Of a DNA stretch of 64,000 nt, positions 13,981 to 26,989 are shown in pieces; position 1 is the stretch's first letter, and each line of letters starts with the position of its first letter. A model generated the notes under the pieces. It did not search any database, was not told the DNA's origin, and saw only the letters and a program-made list of their open reading frames with translations. Made by a program: the position numbers and the translations under genes. The stretch is taken from positions 85,190,001 through 85,254,000 of the forward strand of contig OZ076409.1 of NCBI GenBank assembly GCA_964187785.1, in the 5' to 3' direction. The stretch is from Amphiscolops sp. MND2022. Lineage: Eukaryota.

Positions 13981-14915
13981 AGATTTTGTCTCATATCAGC
14001 CAAATAGAGCCTCCTCATTAGCTGAGCAGCGTCCCCAAACCTTCTCCAAAACTGTTGTAGAAGACTTGAGTACCACCATGGATGCGAAAAAATCCTGCTA
14101 GGATTAATGCTTTTTGTAAGTCTTGCAGAATATTTTCATAGCCGCACTATGTTGAGACCTTCCATTGAAATCTATGTATTCAATCAATATATATTCGCCT
14201 ATAAGGCATTTCTCACAAACATTAGTTAATAAGGTGCTCTTAGTCAACTCTTACTTGAATTTCAGGGCTGAAATGCTTCTTCAGGGCTGACATTAATTAA
14301 ATTTTTGAATCTCTCCTAGACGGGAAATATTTGATTAGAAGAGAAATAGATAAAAATTAAAAACACTAATGGACATATTCGACCCTAAAACGTGTAAAGG
14401 ACGTACACAAGAAGAGTCATTAAGGAAATTTTGGAAAATTTCTGTCTGTGAAACAAGCTGAAAGCTACCGAAAGGTATTTAAAAATGTTACAATTTTTTT
14501 GTTCAGCCGGATATATCAGATTTTAATCTCTCTATAATCCTCGCGGAAATCTGACTTTCATTGCCATTCCCGAGAGATGGCGACAGGCGACGGCGAAGGC
14601 TACAGGGAAAATTGTCTCAAGAAATGTTTCCTTTTAATCTAATTATTTTGGGGAATAGATTTTCAGAGTATTGTTTTCGCAACATGATCATAGCTATATG
14701 ATCTCTAGCTATAAGATATTCAGACATAGCTTTCAGTTCAAGCAATTGGCATTACTTCGTGAACTTACAAACGGAATGATAAAAGTATGTGCCTTTAAAG
14801 TTGAAAACTGGAATCTCTAAAGTACTTTATTCTCTCATTTTCTCTAACAATCATTTAAAATGGGACTTTTGTGACATAATCACAGCTTCAAGTAAAAATG
14901 GTTCGAGACTTCATG

Positions 14916-15046
14916 CAAAGTCTAAACGTCAATTCGATTTCACTTTTCATGAGTGGATGTTCTTTCGCTTCGAAAAAGTTAGGTTTCCTTCGAAGTGGAA
15001 GAACATTCACAAACCAAAGTGAAATCGAATTGACGTTTAGACTTTG
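14916..15046. repeat. ~130-bp fold-back palindrome
   Basis: CAAAGTCTAAACGTCAATTCGATTTCACTTT and its exact reverse complement at 15016-15046, with a second imperfect inner stem. Confidence 0.9.
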
Positions 15047-15576
15047 TCAATGTGAAAGATTGACAAAGCTGAACTAAAGTGTTGCTTGAAGTTATTAGTT
15101 TCCGCCCACATTCCATATGGGAATAGAAAATTACCAATTTGTCGCGTTCCAATGTCGTTCCCAAATTGAAGGGGGTTCGTTCACCAATAAAATTCAACTG
15201 ACAGTTTTAGTTTCGTAAGATATGTTAAGGTAGAGGTTTTTGATTTTTTTGATTGACCTCAAGGTGACATCCAAAATTGCCGGAAAAAAATTTAACGAAA
15301 ACCGAGAAGTTTGAATGGAAAAGTGTCTCAAAATAACCGCAAACAATTTGAAAAGATCAAATTTTGAAACTTCGATATTTTCAGGCAAATTTTGTATAGT
15401 TATCTGACGTTTCGAAAATTTAGATCATCCTGAAAAGTCAACGAAGAAACCGCTAGCAATCCCCTATGATGTTAAAAGAAGCAATGAGTTTTTTTCGTTG
15501 AAAAAGCTAAAACTTACCACAAAACGGCTAGAAAGTACTTTTTGAATATTGTAGGCAGTTTGTATTTTCCCGACGT

Positions 15577-15579
<3 letters not shown>

Positions 15580-15667
<88 letters not shown>
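15580..15667. repeat. (GA)n microsatellite
   Basis: Over 40 GA units with one interruption. Confidence 0.98.
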
Positions 15668-15668
<1 letters not shown>

Positions 15669-16042
15669 CAAGCACCCACAGACTTTGAAAACAAAGAAGC
15701 AACCAGTCATCTAGGACAAGAAATTTGAAAGTTATGGGTGATAGAGGTTCAACAGTCACACCAAAAAGCTAATTTTTCAATTTTTGAAGATGAAACCCAT
15801 CTTTTTCGAAGAGAAACATGATGTTGTTAGTTCAAAAAGACAATGATTCCTACGTCTCTAATCTTCCTGCCTAATCTATGTTTCTAACTCCACACTTTCG
15901 TTGCAGTTTTCGAACAATTGGCTAGCAATTTGACAGGTTATAATACTCATCAAAAATGAACGACGATACAAAACAACTACACATTACGTTTTCAGATGAG
16001 AAAATTGGGTTTTTTTTACCGAAAAGGCCATAGGAAGCCCTC

Positions 16043-16627
16043 AACAAGCCGGGAACGGCATAAGTCGGCGCCATATCTAAAGCTCAAACATAGCAAAAGT
16101 ACTTCAAAGTGTCAAGGTTTCTTTTACAGCACCCGAAAAACCCAAAGGTATACCGAATTGGCGCGCCTAAAAGTGGGACACTTTCGGATTTTTCAACATT
16201 TCTGTCGCAAAACATCAAAAAAATTGAAGGGGGACCCTTTGGAGTCATTAAAAAATTTTCGCCAAAAGTCTCACAATGCCAAAAAAACTGAAAGGGGGAC
16301 CATTTGGGATTTTTCAACATTCATTTTATCACAAAACATCAAAACAATTGAAGGGGGAACCTTTGGGGAATTTTTTTGAAAAGAAAGTCTCGCAATGCTG
16401 AAAAAAAACGGAAAGGGGAGACCTTGTTGGTTACGGAAAGGGGGCGTGTTGTAGGTTACGCGGAAAAAAGGAGAAACCTTTTTGGTTCAGTTCTCTAGGC
16501 CAAATGGTTCAATTTGACACCATAAAATTTGGTAGAACTTTAAGAACTACTTCGGTCAGTTTGTGTGGATTGAAAAAAAGAGTCACTATAATAGTTGCGT
16601 TTCACTTCATGAAGAGCCGACTAAAAA
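16043..16627 (-). mobile_element. Helentron/HINE-like element, best-preserved copy
   Basis: AACAAGCCGGGAACGGC (CTTGTT end plus small GCCG/CGGC hairpin on -), subTIR AGTCGGCGC, central tandem ~115-bp units (GCCAAAAAAACTGAAAGGGGGACC...), end AAGAGCCGACTAAAAA. Confidence 0.7.
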
Positions 16628-17173
16628 CCAACTTTCCTGCCATTTGAACCATGTTAATCTCTTTCTGTACATTTTTCGCCCTCTTTGGTGAATATAAATA
16701 ATAATAACGTTCAAAGACACAATAAAAACATCTTCATGGTTTTCTCAAACAAAAAAGCTGTTGATATTTTTTGACTCACACGAAAAACATAATCGAGAGC
16801 CAAAAATAGTCCATCCTCGAGTATTTCATGCTTTATTCATCATCTGCGCATGCTTATGTAATATGAATATTCACGGAGTGCTTTTCGAAGCAAGTCATTA
16901 AATGAAATGAAAGTTTTACAAGTTTTCAAGCTTGGTCCTGAAAAACATGTCGTAACAAGTTTATTCCGGGGCGCAAAAAACCCCGCTGTGGGGTATTTTC
17001 GGCACTGAGAAAGTGAGAAAAACTTGTAAACAATGTCTTTTGCACATTCAAGAAACTTGAGCGGGCGACGACTTGGCCGGTCCCGGCTTGGGAATCACAT
17101 CACCCGCATATTTGATGCTGCTGAATTCAAACTTCTTGATTCGAGAAAATAATGAGCGTACAGATTTTGGGGT

Positions 17174-20100
17174 TGTTGTATCTCTGGTTACTACTAGGAA
17201 AAGAACACGGTTTTCTAAAAGTATCTCTTTACTGTACTCAAGTGTACGTTACGTATCAAATAACATAAATGAAATTCAGTGTATATCTACTGTTTGTAAA
17301 CATTAAATAGGTATGTCTACAACCGGAGTTCGGTAAAGGTCAGTTTATCAGTTTCTTGATGATTGACGGGTGAACCGTATAACATTCCCCCTTCTCTCTC
17401 TGAGGTTCTTTAGGGGCTTGAGGATGTGGTGGGTAATTTCATGTTGCTTGGTAAGAAGTCTTGCGGCTTTTGCACATCTCCCGGTATTGGTTGTGGCGTG
17501 CCGTTTGTTCGGTTCCAAATTTGACCTGTAACATACAAAGTTTTTTCATATCCAGAAATTTCCTTTGTAATATATGCTACCGTATCTGTTCGGTCTATTG
17601 GTATTTCGGTTTGACCGTCTATGATTATTTTCGGTATTCTCACCCTGAGGCATTTCTCCATCTGTGTGGGTTTCTTTTTCGTCATTTTCGGGATCTGTTT
17701 GTATTGGGGCATATCGTCCCCCTCTCTCCGATGTGTCATAGGTTTTTCCGGCTTCTTCCGGCATTTCTTCTTCGTCATCATCATCATCGTCTTCATCTTC
17801 CGATTCGGTCTCGGTATATTTTTTGTTTTGTACTATTCGTACTTTCCCGTTCAGGACGTCTCTTAGGATTTCATCCCATTTCCCGTATTTGCCGTCTAGT
17901 CCTCGTAGGCAATGTCGGTTCTTGGGTGTTATTTCGGCTGCTGGTGCCGATTCCCTTCGGTGTCTTTTCTCGCTCTGAAATAGTGGACCCGAAATAGATT
18001 TTCGGTGTAATATTTTGCCCGTATCTGTTTTTACGGTGTTTTCGGTTCTGCTTATTGCGGTTTGTAATTTTGGTTGAAATCTTCCTTCTAAAGATTTTCG
18101 GTTGTGTCTTTTTTCAAAGAATTTAAATGGATATCTAACCGAGCTTCTCTTCTTTTTTGGGGATTTTGTTTCCGCAGCCAGTTGCCGTTCTTCGGTTTTT
18201 GTTCTTGCCATCACCATGTGGTTGGTGATTTCTCCGTCGGCGTCCCTTCCGACATATATCGGTATTTTGGGCCGATTCGGTGCTGAAATGGATAGTTCTG
18301 ACAATCTGATAGAAATGATTTTCCGTCTTTTATTATATTAGTTAATTCCGTTCTCAGTTTCCGACCGTGGTGTGGTTCAAATGGCGTTTTCTTTAGTCCC
18401 GTGTGTATTGTGAATCGCATTACTCTTAACGCTCTATTTACGCTTTCGGTTAAATTTTAACCGTATTCCATGTTAGCTAATATTAAATTTTTCATTGTTT
18501 GTATTGCTCTTTCAACTATTCCGTTTCCAGTTTGCAATCGGCAAGTTGTCTCCCCGCATTATCACACTGTCTTCCTCGGTATCTACCGTATTTTGTTCGG
18601 TTTGAAGTTCTCCTTCTTCTGGTGCCTCCGGTTCTTCTTCTTCTACTTCTTCTTCTTCTTCGGGTTGTTGTGGCCGGTATCCTCCACTGATTCGGTGTGC
18701 TCTTTGTGTGAGTTCAGCGTCAATCTCCGCAATTTCTTCGCGGCTTCTTTTATTCGGTCGCGACGGTGTGAATATCATCCTTTGTGATTGCGTGTCGTAC
18801 CGTCTCCGCATCGTTCCGGGTTTTGCCAAGGCTTCTCTTCTTTCGACTAAACGTCGTGTTTCGGGGCTTTTATTCCGTTTTCTAATTATATCCATAATTT
18901 CCCGGGTTGCTCCCCAGTGGTACAGATTTTCTCGGTTCATCTTTTCGTTGGCTTCACTTGTTGTGTTTGAACTTGTCTTTGCGGTGTTAATTTCGGACTG
19001 CCCGGATGTGGTTTTTTCACTGTTGTCGGTTTTGTTCACGTGGTGTTCATTCTGGAATGTTCTATTTTGATGTGATTGGTCATTGCTTTGCTCAATTTTG
19101 TTCTCGGATTGATTTTGTTTTATCTCGGTGTCTTGCTTGCTGCGTTCTGATTGGCTGTCGAATAATGAACCGTATTTTGCGTTCAATTTCGCGTGTTCGG
19201 TTAATATGTTAATGACGTATTCTTCGTCGTATTTGTTTTCTGTTGGTGCTCCCTCTACCGGATTTCTGCTGAGATAGTCGGTAAATTTTAAGTTCGTACC
19301 GGCAATATGCTGAACTGCGATGTCAAAATGTGCTAATCGGTCTAGCCATCTCGTTAGTCTTGCGCTGTATTGGTGATTACTCCGATTCCGTTTTATTAAC
19401 GGTTCCAGTGCTTGGTGGTCTGTGTAAAAAAATACTTTCTTTCCGTATAGGTAAAATCGGAATTTTTCAAGTCCCCAGACTACTGCTAGTAATTCGAGTT
19501 CACCGATTGAGTTTTATTTTCGGCGTCGTTTAAATATCTACTACCGAATGCAATCGGTTTTATTTCTCCGTCATCTTGTTTTTGGCCTGGTACCGTATTT
19601 TTCCATTCTTTGTATCGGTTCCTCTTTGATTATTTGTTTTTCTTTTGCTGTAATCAAGGCTTCTGGTATTGTACTTTTCTTGTTTTTCTTTTCGTAGATA
19701 TTTTGTTTGATCATTTCGATCGTTTTCTTCATCTCTAATGTTTTCTCTTTCATTAGTTCGTCCCGTAGTTTCTTGTCTGTTATTGCCGTCATGTATTTTG
19801 ATATTAGCAATTCTTCGGCTGATATACTGCCGAAGTTGAATTCTTTTTCTATCTCGATAAGTCATCTCCAAAATTCTTCAGGTGTCTCATTTTCTGATTG
19901 TTTTGCCCAAAAGAAGTCTCCTCTATTATGGTATGTATTGCGTTTCGGGAGGTAATGTTCGGTATACAACCGGATTAGATCTTTGATTTTGATACTGTCC
20001 AGTTCCGTTTTGTACTCGGCCCGGGTTATTTGGTATAGTGCTTCCGGTCCCACTCCCCAGATGAAGTCTTCTTGGATGTTTGTTTCTTTTTCGGCGGTCC

Positions 20101-20531
20101 ATCCGGCCTCTGTGATATCTTCTCCCTTTATCAGCGGAGTGATATCGATTTTGTGTTCTCGTTTAGTAAACTGCCGGAATCTCTCCAGCCATTGTCTTGG
20201 GGTAAATATTTGGTTTCCGTCCGATGCCTTTGCTTCTAGGTTTGGTACGGTGTTCTTTTCTGCCATGGTTCCGGTAAAAATTTTCGGTTTGTTTGTCGGT
20301 TTTAAAATCTTACTTACTGCGCCATGTTGTATCTCTGGTTACTACTAGGAAAAGTTTTCTAAAAGTATCTCTTTACTGTACTCAAGTGTACGTTACGTGT
20401 CAAATAACATAAATGAAATGTTTCAGTATATATCTACTGTTTGTAAACATTAAATAGGTATGTCTACAACCGGATTTCGGTAAAGGTCAGTTTATCAGTT
20501 TCTTGATGATTGACGGGTGAACCGTATAACA
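17174..20531 (-). mobile_element. Internally deleted Ty3/Gypsy LTR retrotransposon with both LTRs and TSD
   Basis: LTRs 17174-17384 and 20325-20531 (TG...CA); TSD GGGGT on both sides; PBS TGGCGCAGTAAG (tRNA-Ser type) at ~20313-20324; PPT at 17385-17400. Contains gag N-terminus (19571-20266), RNase H fragment (ELELLAVVWGLEKFR...DYLSRNP, ~19200-19560) and integrase C-terminal region (17546-18420); no RT core. Confidence 0.95.
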
Positions 20532-21357
20532 GGGGTCATATGGTACTCAAGGACTCAATGGTCAGTCATACCACCTTTGTGCCATTGACGTCACGCCTTT
20601 ATGCATTTCGAAGTCTAAACTCCAAAGTCTTCATCAGAACCATTACGGACAAATTACTGAAACCAACGTTGGCCCTCAATAGCAGAGAACACTTTTTTTC
20701 AAATGTGGTCTTTTACAGCACCTTTTTGTGATGAGAAGAGTTGAATTAATGCTACATGTGCCACGTTTTGCTAATTACTATCACAGATTTTTCTTCATTG
20801 TCATCCAACATGGCAGTACTCACTCTATACATAACCAATAGCGATCGCAGTTGGAACGTTTCTCAACAACAGGGTAGTGTGATATTTTTCAACAGTTACC
20901 CTAACACAAGACTTTTTGGTAAATACCTTTTTCGACCCAGGAAGAAACTAATGAGAGTGCTTGCCAGTATAATGTCCGATCCGTCTCATAAAAAATCTTC
21001 CACTCTTAGAGTATTCGAAAATTTCAGCCTTGAACGTGAACATTTTTTGCTCGACCAATGATAAATCTTTTCTCATCTCGAAATGAACTGATGCCAATAA
21101 TTTCCGAGGAAATTGATATAGTTTCAAAACTGGCGAAGGCAATTTTTCCCAGGAAACTGATTTGGTTAAAATATTGGCAGGCCAGTTAAATTGTGAGACT
21201 ACCAAAAAGGTGTTCATTTCAGACAGTCGACAAGTTGAACAAATCTGAAGCAAGCATAAATTCGAATGACGTTTCACTTTCAGTCTTTGACTTAGTTCTT
21301 CTATTAGTGAAAAGCAACGAGTTTTGAGAGTCAAGAGCGTAGGTTGTATGATTTCAG

Positions 21358-21577
21358 ACAACCGTGACATTGGGTGGAACAACCAGCTTTCGATCTGCAA
21401 GACTTTGATCTTCATCACCTTCGTGTACTACGTCTCGTTCCTGCCCTTCTTCGTGTATCAGTTCCTCATCTACTTCTACGCCATCCAAGTCAACGCACCC
21501 ATGTACAGGGGACTCAAGATGTTCCGCAACCTCGGCGCCCTCACCGACGGACTCATTTTCTACAAAATGAGCAGCAG
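21358..21577 (+). CDS. Same GPCR, exon encoding TM6-ECL3-TM7
   Basis: atttcag acceptor in phase 1; KTLIFITFVYYVSFLPFFVY (TM6, xxLP), LTDGLIFYKMSS (NPxxY equivalent); AG|gtacca donor in phase 2. Confidence 0.85.
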
Positions 21578-24500
21578 GTACCACTCACTTATGAAATAGC
21601 TTGTGAAACGTAATAGTATAATACATTTGATAATGGAAACAAAAAACTTTGCACTAAAACCTTATTCAAAGTCTATGAATTGGACGGCCTGTTCATATCT
21701 ACCGCAGAAACTGTTGACCCGCACTGCAAAATATCCCGGCATATTCTTACACAGTCCCGGTAAATCTTGAAAACCTTGATACAATTTTGTTTATTCTTGC
21801 CTCATCATCCAAGCTTCTTGGTAAGAGGTTCATCAAAAGTCTCGAAAACATGAATAACTTGCAAATTAATCCTTACTATTGCTTCAAACTTGCTATCCTT
21901 CACTATTGGTTTGTAACTGTTCGCAATACAGGCTACAAGATCTTTCTGTAAAATGTTGAACATAGGAAAACACAAACAAGAGTGTTGAACGTTGAAATTT
22001 GCCAAACGACAATTAAATGGCTGAACCAATCAGATGGACAAATAAGTTTTAGAAAACACTTTTATGATTAAAAAATAGTCACCCTGTGAACTAAGCGTCC
22101 TTATCAACCAAGTAAAAAGAGTAATTTGTTCTCGCTTTCAATTTTGATTAGTGCATTAAGTGAACTCTCAGGTACCGAAAGAACGTTCAATTATTGTCCC
22201 AGTTTTGAGCAGGTTTTAAAGTTTTTTTACCGAAACATCACATTCTGCAGATAGTCTGAAGATTCTTTTAAGGCGCAATTCAAAACTGAAAACGAGAGCA
22301 AATGGACAGTTTTAAGCAGTTGATAACGACGCTCAGCTCATAGGGTGACATTTTAAAAATCAAAATATTGTAGATATCGAAAATTCACATTTGGCAATTC
22401 AATTTTAATAAGGCCTCCGCGGACCACAGTGTATGCAAATCTTGAATGTCTATTTTCTTTTTGGGCATTTGAGCTCTCGAGACGCCCATATGGTGACGTT
22501 TTGTTTGTCTTTCGCAAATTTCGTGACAGCTGCCTAGTTTCCAAACTTGTAAGGCAAAGTTCTCGAAACAGAGGTTAGATATGGATACCATGTTCTCACT
22601 AAAAAGTGCACAAAGTCCTATGCTATATTCTTGCAGAAAGAAAATTTTGAAAAACTTTCTCAGAGTTTTTCTGCGAAGAAGTTTTGAAAACTGTTTCTCA
22701 AATTCAAAACCGAGTTAGAATGCAGAATCCATGGTTTCGTAAATTGTACCGGGATTTTTTTGGCTAAATTTTAGCCGAAAAATGACGTCAAAAGTTTTTC
22801 GTTTTTAGTTTTTTTAATCAAAAAGATGAATAAATACCTGACTTTTCCCCGTTTTTAGCTCATATTTCTCAAAATAGAAAATAGATACGGAAACCATTCT
22901 CCCGAACAAACTACAGCGACTGTACGCTAGTTTTTGTACCAACAAAGTTCCCTTCATTAACTATGACGCCTTCGTTTTTCTGCCGAAACTACTTGATTTT
23001 TTTCTCATTTTTTCTTGGTTCTTTTGTACTTAAGCTCTTATATCTCAAGACGGAGCCTTAATGGTTTCGTTAATTGTTCGAGGGGTTCCGTAGGCTACAT
23101 TTTAGACTAAAAGCGACGTCAATTTTGTTTCGTTTCGCTTTTTGAGCAAAAAAGGGATCAGGAAAAAGTCTGCATTCTTTTCAATTCGTAGCTGATACAT
23201 CTCAGATCTGAAAATAGAAACAGAAACCATTCTACCTCAGAAAGTACGAAAGGACGACAAGAATGATGGCGGGTTTTTTTACCATCAAAGTTTGCGTTAT
23301 GAAGTATGATGCCTTCATGTGTCTGCAAGAGTGCGTTTTTCAATTTTTCCATTTTCTTCATTTTTCTTTCTATTTTTTTAATCAAAAATTCTTTATCTGT
23401 GACTAGGTAAATTCAAATGGTTTTGGGTCTTAGAATACACACAAATCGTAGCACCTTCTGCAGACCGTTGAATCTTTCCGCTCGAAGCCAGACGCGACAT
23501 GCCGTCGCGCTGATATATTTCTTATTGCAATCCAGTTTCAATCAAGAAGATGAAAGCCAGTCTCAACATCGGTTCTTAGATTTTCAACGTCCAACACTGT
23601 ATTAAGTTTCGCGATCTGATGAATGGTTTTGTTGGTAGCGTCAACGGCTGCGGCATAATATGTGCACTGATCAAGCGGCAGTTGGTGACGGTTTTTTTCC
23701 TCACATTTGTTAGATGTTCTCGTGTAATTCTTGGCAAGATCTTTCGGGGTCGTACATATTCTTTCCATGATCCTTTTCAAGGGTTTCACAGAAATGCAAG
23801 GTTCTGGTCAAAAACTCTAAGACTATGCACACTGGAGAATAGCCTCGGCCATGTATCGCATCAGTCAAACCACAAAAGTTTTTTTGTAATCTCACTATGG
23901 TTAAGCTGAAATAAAATAAGGCTGCTGAGGTTATTATCAGCCTTCAATCAAATTTTTTATTGGAACCTCCCATATCATTCTGGAGCAAAGAATGCGCCCA
24001 GTTTGCGTTGGCATGCGGTTTATACAAATATTTTAAACATAAAACATTGTTTATTTGTTGGAACTGAAAGTAGAGCCGGTGCTTAGGTTCGTTATTTTCT
24101 GCCCACATATAATGGGGGAGCAAAATCATAATCTGCGTTGCGTTTTTTTTCCAAATTCTGCCAAATCTTCATCGTGGAGATCGTGATTCCTTTACTAGGA
24201 ACTAAAATAGTCAAGTAATAATTACTAGTAACTAAAATAGCCAAGTACGGTATTTCTTCGGATAGACGTCGATCCCGAATATAGGCCGCCCCCGATTAGA
24301 AGCCGCATCAAGCATGAAAGTTTTATCCCAAAAACCAAAGCTTACAGTATTTCTTCGAATATAGGCCGCGAAATCACTACGGAAAAAACTTACAAGCCGC
24401 GGCCTGTATTCGAAGAAATTTTCAACATTATTTGTTCAAACTGAGGGTAGGTTTTTGTCTAAAACCCCCTTCGTTTATATGGCCCATATATTTGACCGAG

Positions 24501-25624
24501 TGCGAAGTATTTTCCAACAATTTGGTAGTTTCGGGCAGAAGTTGCTGAAAAGAAAGAAAAAATAGAAACTAAATACCTCTTTAGCTAAGAATCTTCACAA
24601 TTCCGTAGCTGAACGAAAAGAAGTCATAAAATGATAATGACATTTACCGGCACTTCAGAGAAAACAAAATTTTGAGAAGAAACTAAATATCACTAGGATT
24701 AATTTAATTGTCAACGAGATCAATCTTTCGTTTTAATTAACTACTTTCTTCTTGTATACTTGTATTTTCGATAAACGAATTTTCAAATCTGAGTTGCTGG
24801 GATGCAAGGTAAACCAAACACAAGTTCACTCTCTCTAATTGTTGATCCAAAAAGAGCGCAAAATGTCGTGTACAACATCTTCTTTTAAACAGGGCCCAAA
24901 TTATTGTCAGTATTTGATCAGAGGCATACACTCGAGTCAATTAGGAACGTTATACCGGAAATGAGGGAAAAGACAACCTGACATTTTTGTTCCGAATTAT
25001 TGTAACAACACAGGTGGAAACGTAGAAGCCAATATTTCTGAACAAAGTTCCAAACAATCTACCAACATTTGTACGAAAAGTTCAAAAGCAGAGTGCACTT
25101 TTTGAGGCAGTTTTCATGTAAATGAGTAAGTGTCTCTATAAGTATTTATGGTAAGAAGCCAGTTTTTTGTCGTTGAATGTATGACAAAGTATGACAAGTA
25201 TGAATTTTTGAGTATGACAAAATGCTGGAAATCAAACGCAGCGGAGGGACTGATTCGTTTTTCTTGCTATTTTAAATATGAACCAAATGTACTGAAAACA
25301 AACTCTCGTTGAAGTGAACTTGAGGCAATTCGACCTTCCCAAGAAAGTAGGAGATTCTATTGGAGTAAAAAGTTTTTTTTTCAAGCCAAATGGTCAGGTA
25401 AGAAAGAGGGAGAATCCAATACAGAAACAAGAACCAGAAACCTGAACCGACCCAGGTCAGCGCCCGCTTAAGACTCAAAAACAACAAAGTTTTTCGAATT
25501 CGCTTGAAATTGTTTTTAAAACTCTCCTCCGCCTCACATTACCAAAAAGTAACCAAAGAGAGACTCGACAAACGCTCTGAATAAAACGGCTCAACTGAAA
25601 ACATCAAAAATCAAAATGAGTAAA

Positions 25625-26040
25625 AATAAGCCAGAAACGGCCCAAGTCGGCGCCATATCTAAGGCTCAAAAATAATAGCAAAAGGGCTTCAAAGTGTCAT
25701 TCTCTTCTACAGCTCCCGAAAAACCCAAAAAGTAGGACCGAATAGGCGCGCCAGGGGGGGGGGGGTGCTTTGAGATTTTTCATCCATTTTGTCGCGCAAT
25801 TCATCAAAAAATTGAAGGGGCGACCCGTTGGTAAAAAAAATTGAAGAAGTCTCACAATGCCGAAAAAACTGAAAGGAGGACCTTTTGGGATTTTTCAACA
25901 TCCATTCTGTCGCAAAACTCAAAAAAAATTGAAAGAAAAGGCATTTGGGGAAATTTTCGAAAAAAAAGTCACAATGCCGAAAAAAATTGAAAGGGGGTAC
26001 CCTTTAGTCTCGGCCGGTATTGTATGTCACGCGGAAAAAA
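25625..26040 (-). mobile_element. Truncated Helentron/HINE-like copy
   Basis: AATAAGCCAGAAACGGCCCAAGTCGGCGCCATATCTAAGGCTCAAA plus the same tandem subunits as 16043-16627. Confidence 0.65.
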
Positions 26041-26989
26041 GGACAGGTTGCGACAATTAATTCAGTAGTCTTTGATTCTCAAGAGCTCAATGAACATCAA
26101 ATTTATTTTTTACAAAAGTATGGTTTGAAATGAGTCTTGGTGAGAATGCTATTGTTTGAGTTTTGGGATTTAAAGAATACTTAACTAAATGGCGAGCTTC
26201 ATTACTTACATGGGCATTAGTCCGACAAACCAGGCCAAACACAAAGTTTGCTTAAAAAGTGGATTCCTGCGGTCTGACGAAAACACTAAATGGAAGAATC
26301 TTTGGTGGAATTTCAAATTCCACTGAAAAACCCACACAGTGCCAAAATGAACCAAAAAGGGACCCTTTGGGCTTAAAAACCTTTTTATAACTAAATTTTC
26401 TTTAAATTGAAATATTTTAATAAAGTATTTTTAAGTTTTTTAAAATCAAAAAAGTTTTTTAAAATCAAAACCCCTGGGGGTCACTTTTGTGAAATTTTAA
26501 ATTTTCCTTTTCCGAAAAAGTCGCACAGGACCGAGAATGAACCCTCATTTGGTTTAAAATCCGAAGAAGTATGTTTGAGAAAGAAAGGGAGTATCCAAGT
26601 TGAACAGGAGGACCCTTTTTGTATTTTTGCATTAGGTCACTTTGACCGGTTCGACAACAAGACGCCCCCTGACCAGCAGGATATTTTCCGTCCCAACTGT
26701 TCCAGCAATGACATATTTTTGAGGCTCAAGAGTAGCCATTGCACTATGAAAGCGCATAGATGTTTGATGAAAAAAGGTTTGACACTTTTTGAAAAATGTC
26801 ATGCCATTTCAGAAGGGAATACTTCAAGAAGACACCGCACACCTATTTGGTTTTTCGTCAGATTGTGTGTATTCCAAAACCTAACCAATTGATTTTTATT
26901 TAAATTTGCGCGAAGTCGCCAAAAACGACAACATTTCCACAATTTTCCTTTTTCTACAACTTTGCGGTCATTTGAGGAAATTTTATAAG

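Noticed and set aside
21358..21577. GPCR as an opsin
   Set aside because: Position 7.43 (seven residues before the NPxxY-equivalent Gly) is Asn, not the retinal-binding Lys.
1600..24170. Shared inverted segment at ~1640-1715 and ~24090-24165 with nearby short ORFs, as a gene
   Set aside because: Both are interrupted by stops; probably fragments of a dispersed transposon I cannot classify.
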